This document shows, one piece after another, positions 56,761-64,000 of a stretch of 64,000 nt of DNA. The translations under genes and the position numbers were made by a program. The DNA comes from Bacteriovoracia bacterium (GTDB taxonomy: Bacteria > Bdellovibrionota > UBA1018 > JBFWNL01), in contig JBFWNL010000005.1 in the NCBI GenBank assembly GCA_050251055.1, positions 226,451 through 290,450 on the forward strand, read 5' to 3'. The notes under the pieces were generated by a model that did not search any database, was not told where the DNA came from, and saw nothing but the letters and a program-made list of their open reading frames with translations. How positions within the stretch are numbered: position 1 is the stretch's first letter; every line of letters begins with the position of its first letter.

Positions 56761-57995
56761 TCATGCTTCAATCACTTCTCGGAATTTTTGTTTTCATTGG
56801 AATTGCGGCACTTTTTTCGAAAGGACGAAGAGCAATTTCTTGGAAGTTTGTGGCTATAGCGCTGCTGTTGCAGTTTGTTGCAGCTTTTGTATTTTTAAAA
56901 ATCAGTTTCTTCACTGATGCGTTTTCTATTTTGAACAAGGGAGTCATTTTAATCCAGAATGTTACGGATCGATCCTCTCAATTTCTTTTTGGTTATCTCG
57001 CTGGTGGCCAGACTCCCTTTGAGGCCATTGCTCCTGAAAATGGATTTATAGTTGTCTTTAGAGTTCTTCCTCTAATTGTCGTCGTCAGCGCCATCTCAGC
57101 GTTATTATTTCATTGGCGGATTATTCCATTGGTTGTTGGGCTACTTGGAAGGGCTCTACAGAAAACACTTGGGCTGAGCGGCGACTTGAGCCTTGGTAGT
57201 GCGGCAACGGTATTCTTTGGAACAATTGAAGCTCCTTTGCTTATTAGATCTTACTTAAGCAACATGAGTCGCTCAGATCTCTTTGCTCTCATCAGCTGTT
57301 CTATGGCGACGGTCTCAGGCACGGTGATGGTACTTTATTCAAGTGTATTAGGAAGCGTCGTGCCTAATCCACTTACACACCTGCTCGTCGCGTCGATTAT
57401 GAGCGTGCCCGCAGCGCTCTTGCTTGCGCGAGTTATAATTCCCCAGCAAACTTTAGCGAGAGATGATCAGACCATTTATAAAATCAAAAGTCCTTACTCA
57501 GGATCTTTCGATGCCATAACCAAAGGAATTCAAGAAGGCATGGGAATGGTCCTTGGAATTATTGGCACCATTTTGGTTTTCTTTGCTTTGATTTACCTTG
57601 TGAACGAAATGCTTGGAGCCTTATGTCCGACTCTTTCACTCGAAGGAATTGTTGGGACCATATTAAGGCCGTTTCTTTGGCTGACGGGAGTCAGCTGGGA
57701 AGAATCGCAGATCGCCGGAAAACTTATGGGCACAAAAATCATTCTTAATGAATTCGTCGCATACCTTGAGCTTTCAAAGTCTTCGACGCTAATCTCTGAA
57801 CACTCAAGACTACTTTTGAGTTATGCACTTTCTGGTTTTGCAAACATAGGAAGCGTTGGCATTATTATAGGTGGCCTATCGTCTATCGTGCCTGACAGGC
57901 GGGTTGAGTTGACATCATTGACTTTACTTAGCCTCCTGAGCGGAAATCTTGCCACGCTTATGACTGCAGCCGTAGTAAACTTTATAGCAACTTGA
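56757..57995 (+). CDS. NupC/CNT nucleoside:cation symporter
   Basis: EAPLLIR, MATVSG, LNEFVAY, GFAN.GS. Confidence 0.92.
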   Translation: MIMLQSLLGIFVFIGIAALFSKGRRAISWKFVAIALLLQFVAAFVFLKISFFTDAFSILNKGVILIQNVTDRSSQFLFGYLAGGQTPFEAIAPENGFIVVFRVLPLIVVVSAISALLFHWRIIPLVVGLLGRALQKTLGLSGDLSLGSAATVFFGTIEAPLLIRSYLSNMSRSDLFALISCSMATVSGTVMVLYSSVLGSVVPNPLTHLLVASIMSVPAALLLARVIIPQQTLARDDQTIYKIKSPYSGSFDAITKGIQEGMGMVLGIIGTILVFFALIYLVNEMLGALCPTLSLEGIVGTILRPFLWLTGVSWEESQIAGKLMGTKIILNEFVAYLELSKSSTLISEHSRLLLSYALSGFANIGSVGIIIGGLSSIVPDRRVELTSLTLLSLLSGNLATLMTAAVVNFIAT

Positions 57996-58307
57996 TTAAG
58001 ATTTTTTAGCTTTTTTAGTTTTGGGCATACCAAACTCATGCCGCAACAAAGAAACTAAAGCATGCGCTTCACGACGATGGTTCGCCGAGGCCTTGGTCCA
58101 GATCACTCCGTCTAAGCAGCAAGCTATTCCAAGAAACGCATTCGCATTTAGTCTTTCTGGAAAATATTGGACCCATTTTCGACAGGTTTCCTCAAATCCA
58201 AGCGACTGAATCTGATCAAGATACAATATCCCTATAGATTCAAATTCTTTGTAAGTAACTGGTCCAAAATTTTTCATTCCCTTGAGCGGAACACGTTTTG
58301 TATTCAC
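57996..58307 (-). CDS. TfoX C-terminal-like small protein
   Basis: MKNFGP...ESIGI...LG, GIACCLDGVIW. Confidence 0.65.
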   Translation of the reverse strand: MNTKRVPLKGMKNFGPVTYKEFESIGILYLDQIQSLGFEETCRKWVQYFPERLNANAFLGIACCLDGVIWTKASANHRREAHALVSLLRHEFGMPKTKKAKKS

Positions 58308-58310
58308 CCG

Positions 58311-58721
58311 TTAGAGCCCCTGCGGCCGTTCAGCACTGAATTTAGAAATGCGAAGTTTAATTTCAGTGAAAACTGATTGGAAATTCTCTAGAGTATTTGT
58401 GAGAGCTGGGTCAGGCATGGGCCAATGAAGTTTTTCTGCTTTTGTGTTTGGCAAAACTGGACACACTTCTTCAGCGCAAAGAGTAATCACAAAATCTACT
58501 GAGTTTGTGAATTCATCAGGCAAATCACTAACCTTTTTTGACCAAAGTGAACTTGTGTCGATGTCATTTGCCTTTAGGCATTCTATCGTAAGAGGATGAA
58601 CCGACTTGGGCATTGAACCGGCGCTAAAGATTTGTGCGTCTTTCTTAAAAACTGATTTAGCTATAGCTTCTGCCAATTGACTTCGGGCCGAATTGGCCAC
58701 ACACATAAAAAGTATCTTCAT
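58311..58721 (-). CDS. arsC: Thioredoxin-type arsenate reductase (LMW-PTP fold)
   Basis: ILFMCVANSARSQLAE, ITLCAEEVCP, HWPMPDP. Confidence 0.9.
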   Translation of the reverse strand: MKILFMCVANSARSQLAEAIAKSVFKKDAQIFSAGSMPKSVHPLTIECLKANDIDTSSLWSKKVSDLPDEFTNSVDFVITLCAEEVCPVLPNTKAEKLHWPMPDPALTNTLENFQSVFTEIKLRISKFSAERPQGL

Positions 58722-59398
58722 TTGTCATCATCGTAAAACTGAAGCATTAATTCGTCTATTCGCAGCGAAAATTGAGCGTCAGAGTTGTCACCATCCGATT
58801 CCAGCCATAGTCCAAGGCTTGGCGGTAGACTCTCTGAATAACTTCGTTGAAGTTCAAAAGGACCTATTCCATCAATTTCCAGTGCGACTTCTTCTTTAAT
58901 GAGATCTGTATCCGGATGGAGGCGCTGCTTCCAATTCGAAGGTGTAGATTTTTGTCCCACAACCGACAACTCAAGGTGCCCAAGTTTTCGCCCCTGGGAC
59001 CTTGCTAGGTTGTCGAGCTCCGTAATCCATTTCGGAGCAAAAATCCTCTGGAGAGCATTTAGTTGTTTTGGACCCTCAACAGCGGGACCCACTCTAAGCA
59101 CGAAGTCATCTTTGCCAGGCTTCATGCTTGGAAGCTCCAAGAGCACGCCCTTCACGCGAAGATTTTTCAATTTTGCTGGCTTCTCGAAGGGATAAATGAG
59201 GGGAGAAGCGCTTTTATTGACATGGATGCTGAGCTTAGCTTCAGAGAATTTGTACTCCGTTGGCGGGATTTTCGAGTAACTCAAACGCAACCATTTAGCT
59301 TCCAGATTTTGAGCGGGAATCAGTACGAGGTCGCGAGCCAGCACGGTTGTTGAGCCCATTATCAATGTCACGCAGAGCGTTAGTCGGAAAATAATCAT
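58718..59398 (-). CDS. Secreted hypothetical protein (DUF3047-like)
   Basis: Signal peptide; KDDFVLRVG, GLWLESDGDNS. Confidence 0.6.
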   Translation of the reverse strand: MIIFRLTLCVTLIMGSTTVLARDLVLIPAQNLEAKWLRLSYSKIPPTEYKFSEAKLSIHVNKSASPLIYPFEKPAKLKNLRVKGVLLELPSMKPGKDDFVLRVGPAVEGPKQLNALQRIFAPKWITELDNLARSQGRKLGHLELSVVGQKSTPSNWKQRLHPDTDLIKEEVALEIDGIGPFELQRSYSESLPPSLGLWLESDGDNSDAQFSLRIDELMLQFYDDDK

Positions 59399-59403
59399 CT
59401 CTT

Positions 59404-59423
59404 TAATGTTTATATGTAAACAT
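59404..59423. promoter_or_regulatory. Operator palindrome 3
   Basis: TAATGTTTATATGTAAACAT identical to 45267-45286, in a divergent gap. Confidence 0.8.
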
Positions 59424-59461
59424 ATACACTACTCAAAGACAACCTAAAGGAGGAGATAAAA

Positions 59462-59884
59462 ATGAAACGTTTACTAATGATCGGAGCGATGGTTTTTTCC
59501 GCAGCATCTTTCGCTGATGGATTTAAAGTGGGCTTAGGGGGTTACTGCCCTGTTGGATTTGTGAAGGCCGGAAAGCCAGTTTTTGGCGATCCAAATTTCG
59601 CATCAGAATACAAGGGAACCACATATTACAACTCAAGCGAGGGCGCAAAAAAGATGTTTGATGCCGACCCTGAGAGCTTCGTCGGGGCTGTTCAATATAA
59701 GGGTTACTGCGCAACTGGGCTCGCTATGGGAAAGAAACTTGAAAGCGATCCCAAATTTTTTGAGCGAGTGAATGGTAAAGTCTACTTCTTCAGCAGCGCT
59801 GAGGCACAACAGACGTTTTCGAAAAGCTCCAAAAAATATATTGCTGACGCCGACAAAGCTTGGGCGAAGCTTCCTCAGGAATAG
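59462..59884 (+). CDS. Secreted YHS-domain protein
   Basis: GGYCPV...EYKGTTYY.SS...FDADPE, QYKGYCA. Confidence 0.85.
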   Translation: MKRLLMIGAMVFSAASFADGFKVGLGGYCPVGFVKAGKPVFGDPNFASEYKGTTYYNSSEGAKKMFDADPESFVGAVQYKGYCATGLAMGKKLESDPKFFERVNGKVYFFSSAEAQQTFSKSSKKYIADADKAWAKLPQE

Positions 59885-59892
59885 GACTGAAT

Positions 59893-60480
59893 ATGAAAAA
59901 ATTCCTAGCCCTAAGTATTATTTCGTTTAGTTCGATTATTGCGCATGCTGAGTCTTATAAGCTCGATGAATCACACACGACGATTGGCTTTAAAGTGAAA
60001 CACTTGGTCATCTCCACTGTTACTGGCCGCTTCAACAAATTTGAGGGCAGCGGTAACTTCGATGAAAAAACGAAAACGCTTAAAGACTTAAAGGCTACAA
60101 TTCAGGTGAGTTCAATCGACACAAATGAATCCGACAGAGACAAACATCTCAAAAGCCCTGAATTCTTTAATGCAGATAAATTTCCTACCATCACGGCTGA
60201 GATCAAATCTGCAAATTTCGCAAAGGCCGATGACGACAGTCTTAAGCTCAGGCTTAAAATTCGCGATGTCACCAAGGATGTAGATTTTGTTGCAAAATTC
60301 CTTGGAACCGTCACTGACCCATGGGGAAATAAGCGCATAGCTTTTGAAGGAAAAGGAAAAGTTAATCGAAAAGACTTTGGCGTTTCTTGGAACAAAACCC
60401 TCGACAAAGGGGGCGTCATGGTCGACGACATGGTTGAAATCTTTATTGAGGGTGAGGCAATTGCCGAGGCTAAGAAATAG
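59893..60480 (+). CDS. YceI-family polyisoprenoid-binding protein
   Basis: HTTIGFKVKHL, SIDT...RDKHLKS.EFF, DPWG, NRKDFG. Confidence 0.95.
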   Translation: MKKFLALSIISFSSIIAHAESYKLDESHTTIGFKVKHLVISTVTGRFNKFEGSGNFDEKTKTLKDLKATIQVSSIDTNESDRDKHLKSPEFFNADKFPTITAEIKSANFAKADDDSLKLRLKIRDVTKDVDFVAKFLGTVTDPWGNKRIAFEGKGKVNRKDFGVSWNKTLDKGGVMVDDMVEIFIEGEAIAEAKK

Positions 60481-60499
60481 TCATCGGAAAAAGGAGAAA

Positions 60500-60781
60500 A
60501 TGGATATGGAAACAACGAAACGTAAACTTATGACCGGAGCCGCAGTAGCAGGACTTGCTCTTGCTATTTCTGCTTGCTCATCCACCAATAAGGCAAGCAC
60601 CGCTTCAGCAGGAAGCGATGCCACTGGCGAATGTCATGGCGTCAATAGCTGCAAAGGCACCGGAGAATGTGGTGGAAAAGGACATTCTTGTGCCGGAAAA
60701 AACTCCTGCAAAGGAGCGGGCTGGCTAAAACTTAGTAAGTCTCAATGCGATGCCAAAGGTGGCACCTTCAAAGAGGGCTGA
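60500..60781 (+). CDS. Bufferin-type (BufA2-like) Cys-rich precursor with lipobox
   Basis: AAGGAG RBS; ISAC lipobox; CHGVNSCKG..ECGG..HSCAGKNSCKG.GW...C. Confidence 0.85.
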   Translation: MDMETTKRKLMTGAAVAGLALAISACSSTNKASTASAGSDATGECHGVNSCKGTGECGGKGHSCAGKNSCKGAGWLKLSKSQCDAKGGTFKEG

Positions 60782-60783
60782 TT

Positions 60784-61617
60784 TTGACGGCAAAAGTCGG
60801 GGTGGGCCTAAGGCCCACCCATTATCCTTATATACAGTCTAATTGGCCCACTGAAGTGGATCACTTTGAAGTGATTTCTGAGAACTACATGTACTCAAGG
60901 GGAAGGCCACTAGAGACCCTGCTTAGAATTCGTGAGCGCTATCCTATTCTTGCCCACGGAGTTTCCATGTCCATCATGTCTGCAGACGGTGTGCCGGAGG
61001 ACTATTTAGAAAAACTTCGTGATTTTTACTCTCTAATTGAGCCAAAAGTTTGCTCAGATCATTTGTGCTGGACTGGAAACGCGCACAATAACATTCACGA
61101 CCTTCTTCCTTTTCCTTTTACAAAGTCTTTTCTTGAACTTGCCATTACTAATATTTCAAAGGTTCAGGATTACCTAGGTAGGTCAATGGCCTTCGAGAAT
61201 CTTTCGGCCTACATTTCCTTTGGGGAATCCAATTATTCCGAATGGGACTTTCTAGTTCAGGCTTGCAAAACTACCGGAGCGAAAATCCTTCTTGATCTAA
61301 ACAATATCTGGGTCAACGCCACCAATTTTAAATTTGATCCGCAAGAATACATTGACGCAATTCCATTAGACATAATCGCGCAAATTCACCTGGGTGGTCC
61401 AACCGACACCGGAAAATTTCTTTTCGACACGCATTCCACTGAAGTGCCCGAAAAGGTGTGGCATCTTCTAATGACTAATTCACAGCGGTTTTCTCACATT
61501 CCAGTCATCGTCGAACGAGATGATGAGATTCCTGATTTTCCCATGTTGCTCGATGAACTGAGGCATGCCCGCCAGATACTTGTGCCCAGCCAAAGGAAGA
61601 CAAATGCTTCCTTCTGA
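60784..61617 (+). CDS. DUF692 multinuclear non-heme iron oxidase (MNIO, BufB-like)
   Basis: GVGLRP.HY, EVISENY, HGVSMSI, SDHLCW, HDLLP, EN, LDLNN, QIHLGG, DTH, ERDD. Confidence 0.95.
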   Translation: MTAKVGVGLRPTHYPYIQSNWPTEVDHFEVISENYMYSRGRPLETLLRIRERYPILAHGVSMSIMSADGVPEDYLEKLRDFYSLIEPKVCSDHLCWTGNAHNNIHDLLPFPFTKSFLELAITNISKVQDYLGRSMAFENLSAYISFGESNYSEWDFLVQACKTTGAKILLDLNNIWVNATNFKFDPQEYIDAIPLDIIAQIHLGGPTDTGKFLFDTHSTEVPEKVWHLLMTNSQRFSHIPVIVERDDEIPDFPMLLDELRHARQILVPSQRKTNASF

Positions 61618-62377
61618 GTTTCAAAAGCTCATGTCGGCTGCAATTTTAGAGCGCGACGCTTCGAAAATGAAAGGGCTTTCGTGCCGAGCGGCGGGCACTC
61701 TTGAGCTTCAAGAGGCTGTTGAAGTCTATTCTGCGGGTTATCCGGCAAGGCTTTTTGAAGCTCTTGGGGAAACCTATGAAACTATCTGGAAAGTTCTTGG
61801 AGATGAAGACTTTCAGTCACTCTGCATGGCTTACATCGAAAAGCATCCATCTCAGTATAGGAATTTATCTGACTATGGTGACGACTTTTCAGACTACATT
61901 CGAGACTATTTTCCAGAAGACAAGGTTCGCGATTTGCTCGTTGACTTAGCAAAATTTGAGTGGACATTTAAAGAGGGCTTTCACGTGAAATTCGAGAAAT
62001 CATTTGAATTCACAAGTCTCAAATATATTAATCCTATAGAACTCCAGTTTCAGCTTCTCAGCAGCCTTTCGACGCTCTCGCTTAGATTTTCGGTTCATAA
62101 ACTGCACGGAATAGAGGGAGACGCGGATCGTTTTTTAGAGATTTTGAGTCTACCCAGTCCCGTGAGTCTAGCGCTTATTCGGTCGCAAAATGGAGTGGCT
62201 ACAAAAGAAATTTCCTCGCCCCTCTTAGAGTTTCTCCAGACCCTTACTTCAAAGTCTTTTAATCTTGATGACCTTGCTTCTTTCTGTGGATTTAACCCTG
62301 AAAAAGTTCAGTGCCTTATTAGGGAAATGGCCTCGCTCGGATTTCTCGCGCACGTCGATGTGGGTGAGACGAACTAA
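61604..62377 (+). CDS. DUF2063 MNIO partner protein (BufC/HvfC-like)
   Basis: VYSAGYPARL.EAL...Y, YIEKHPS...L.DYG, DLAKFEW. Confidence 0.88.
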   Translation: MLPSEFQKLMSAAILERDASKMKGLSCRAAGTLELQEAVEVYSAGYPARLFEALGETYETIWKVLGDEDFQSLCMAYIEKHPSQYRNLSDYGDDFSDYIRDYFPEDKVRDLLVDLAKFEWTFKEGFHVKFEKSFEFTSLKYINPIELQFQLLSSLSTLSLRFSVHKLHGIEGDADRFLEILSLPSPVSLALIRSQNGVATKEISSPLLEFLQTLTSKSFNLDDLASFCGFNPEKVQCLIREMASLGFLAHVDVGETN

Positions 62378-62443
62378 GGATTTATCGATTATTGAAATTG
62401 GCCCTCAAGCGGCGCCTGCAGTTACTTCAGTGACCTATTTTAA

Positions 62444-62626
62444 TCAGCGATTTCTGGTCGGACTCACAAGTGCACCATTGAGAGCTTTCAGGCTAACTAA
62501 CCCTTTTTTAGTAGCCTCAGCAGCGTTTCGTCTCATGGATACGACTGCGTCTGTAAGGCCGCCGGCGAGCGCTAGATAGAAGGTATATCTGATCAGATTT
62601 GACAACAATTGACTTAAAGAAGGCAT
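62444..62626 (-). CDS. Small hypothetical protein
   Basis: 60 aa, GGAGG RBS, follows XRE gene. Confidence 0.55.
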   Translation of the reverse strand: MPSLSQLLSNLIRYTFYLALAGGLTDAVVSMRRNAAEATKKGLVSLKALNGALVSPTRNR

Positions 62627-62645
62627 TTAAGGGTTCCTCCAGTTT

Positions 62646-62990
62646 TTAGCGGACGAAGCTAGTAAGTACGCCATGTACTGCGCGAAGTTTGGTTTCATCG
62701 ATTTTTTCGAGCAGGCTTCGGCATTCTTCTTTGAGGTCCACAACGGGAATGGGCTTACCTTCGCGGTATTGCTGAAACTCCTCTAACGTAAAGCCATAAG
62801 CTTCGATGATTTTGGAGATTCGGCATTCAGTCAGATCTAATCGGCCGTGCTCTATGTGGTTGATGAAGGTATCGGAAAGTCCAATGAGACTCCCTGCCTG
62901 GCGCATCGAAATGCTTTTGGATTTGCGGAAAAACCGAAGGATTTTTCCTTCAAGGGTTGGATTCGCCTGGCTCGTTCGTTTGGTTTTCAT
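62646..62990 (-). CDS. XRE-family HTH regulator
   Basis: ISMRQAGSLIGLSDTFINHIEHGRLDL. Confidence 0.9.
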   Translation of the reverse strand: MKTKRTSQANPTLEGKILRFFRKSKSISMRQAGSLIGLSDTFINHIEHGRLDLTECRISKIIEAYGFTLEEFQQYREGKPIPVVDLKEECRSLLEKIDETKLRAVHGVLTSFVR

Positions 62991-63116
62991 GTCGCATTCT
63001 TCCTTTCATGGTTTGGAAAAATGCTCTTCGCGCTAAGCGCCTAGCATTCAATAATTTTGAATGGCTACGCTGCTTAGTGGATTGGTTTGGAAAACGATTT
63101 TCTTTTTCTTCCCCTG

Positions 63117-63175
63117 TAGGAAAAAAGTAGGAAGAAAATAGGAAATCTAAGACATGTCCCGACATGTCGAGACAT
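63117..63175. repeat. Phased direct repeats (integrase arm/Xis-type sites)
   Basis: TAGGAA at 63117/63128/63139 and GACAT at 63151/63161/63171; related sequence at 24769-24805. Confidence 0.65.
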
Positions 63176-63267
63176 ACAAAAGGGCCGCGATCTCGACTCA
63201 GCTGCCGATAAAATCGCGTTTAACATTCAGTGGTTAAAATTCACCGAACCAAATGTGCCCAATAAAA

Positions 63268-63618
63268 TGGTGGAGACGGTGGGAGTCGAACCCACGTCCG
63301 AAAGTCATCCATCGCTGGCATCTACATGTGTAGTTCGTGTCTTGGATTGATAGCCGGGCGTCCACGAACAAACTTCCGGCTACCTCCGCAGACTTTAGTT
63401 TCGCCTAAGCGCCATCTGCGAGAACGTCTAGGCTAGCCCACTAAATGACGAGTATTCCGGATCCATGGGCGAGACCCGGGTACTCGTGTCGCTTAATTAA
63501 TTAAGCGGCAAGTGCGTAATCGTTGCCAATTACAAGTGTCGCCTTTTTTACGAGGCCTGACGACAACCTCGACATGCCACCAGGACTTCAAGACTCCCGT
63601 CGAAGCCGTGTCGTCCCC
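63268..63618 (-). ncRNA. ssrA: tmRNA
   Basis: 5' GGGGACGACACGGCTTCGAC, 3' GTGGGTTCGACTCCCACCGTCTCCACCA, 351 nt; tag GNDYALAA* at 63501-63527. Confidence 0.97.
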
Positions 63619-63662
63619 AGGGTTCTAGCTATAACACAAAAACCCCGGGGACGGGGGTAGGA

Positions 63663-64000
63663 CTAGGGTGCGTTACTGAGGAGGTAGCGCACTTCACAGA
63701 GGTAAAAATCTTGGGTGCCGGGGCGCGACCAGGTGCATTCCATTTGGCCGGACTTTCGCGTGACAGGACCGCTTTTGTTCATGATGGGGGGCAGGCTCGG
63801 GACAGGGCTCATTTTCGCAAAGAGGTCCTGGGCGGTTTTGCCGGTGAAGCGAATGGCGCCAGATCGAAGAATCGCCCCTTCCGGCAGTTCTTCGACGGTG
63901 TCGTAAATTCTCACGACTTGGGTTTGGGTGATGTCGCCTTTGCATTCACTGCTCCAGGTCGCCCGGACGACACCATTCGGCACGGCAAGAGGGGTTTCCT
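63663..64000 (-). CDS. Hypothetical host protein, 3' part (frame open to window edge)
   Basis: Open frame; visibly higher GC than the island DNA. Confidence 0.6.
   Translation of the reverse strand, partial: ETPLAVPNGVVRATWSSECKGDITQTQVVRIYDTVEELPEGAILRSGAIRFTGKTAQDLFAKMSPVPSLPPIMNKSGPVTRKSGQMECTWSRPGTQDFYLCEVRYLLSNAP

Larger units (their letters stand above)
24717..63274. mobile_element. Integrative conjugative element inserted at tmRNA 3' end (~38.5 kb)
   Basis: Direct repeat ATGGTGGA at 24717-24724 and 63267-63274; integrase/xis at left end; TAGGAA and GACAT repeats at both ends; T4SS inside. Confidence 0.75.

Overview
This window is almost entirely accessory DNA integrated at the 3' end of a minus-strand tmRNA gene (63268-63618). 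Its tag peptide GNDYALAA, as I recall it, matches Bdellovibrio, and the gene content also suggests Bdellovibrionota. Island 1 (~24717-63274, bounded by an ATGGTGGA repeat and shared arm-like repeats) is an ICE. It carries a tyrosine integrase and excisionase, a Replic_Relax protein plus FtsK ATPase, a minimal VirB2/3/4/5/6/8/9/10 T4SS, a MarR-controlled arsenosugar(-lipid) cluster and a bufferin-type MNIO RiPP locus. Directly upstream of the transfer operon lies the most novel feature. It is a sigma54-driven operon encoding a stand-alone YcaO enzyme, a 47-aa secreted peptide, an orphan family-5 peptide-binding protein, a histidine kinase and an NtrC-type activator. TGCGCA-N6-TGCGCA palindromes flank it, both at its own promoter and in front of the transfer genes. 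This looks like a RiPP-based quorum-sensing circuit controlling conjugation. Island 2 (left, ~247-24717) holds a porin-kdpFABCDE operon, a serine-recombinase/Rep_trans/ParB mobilisable element and a candidate SMC-ATPase + PD-(D/E)XK defence operon. All calls come from reading motifs by eye; no database searches were run.
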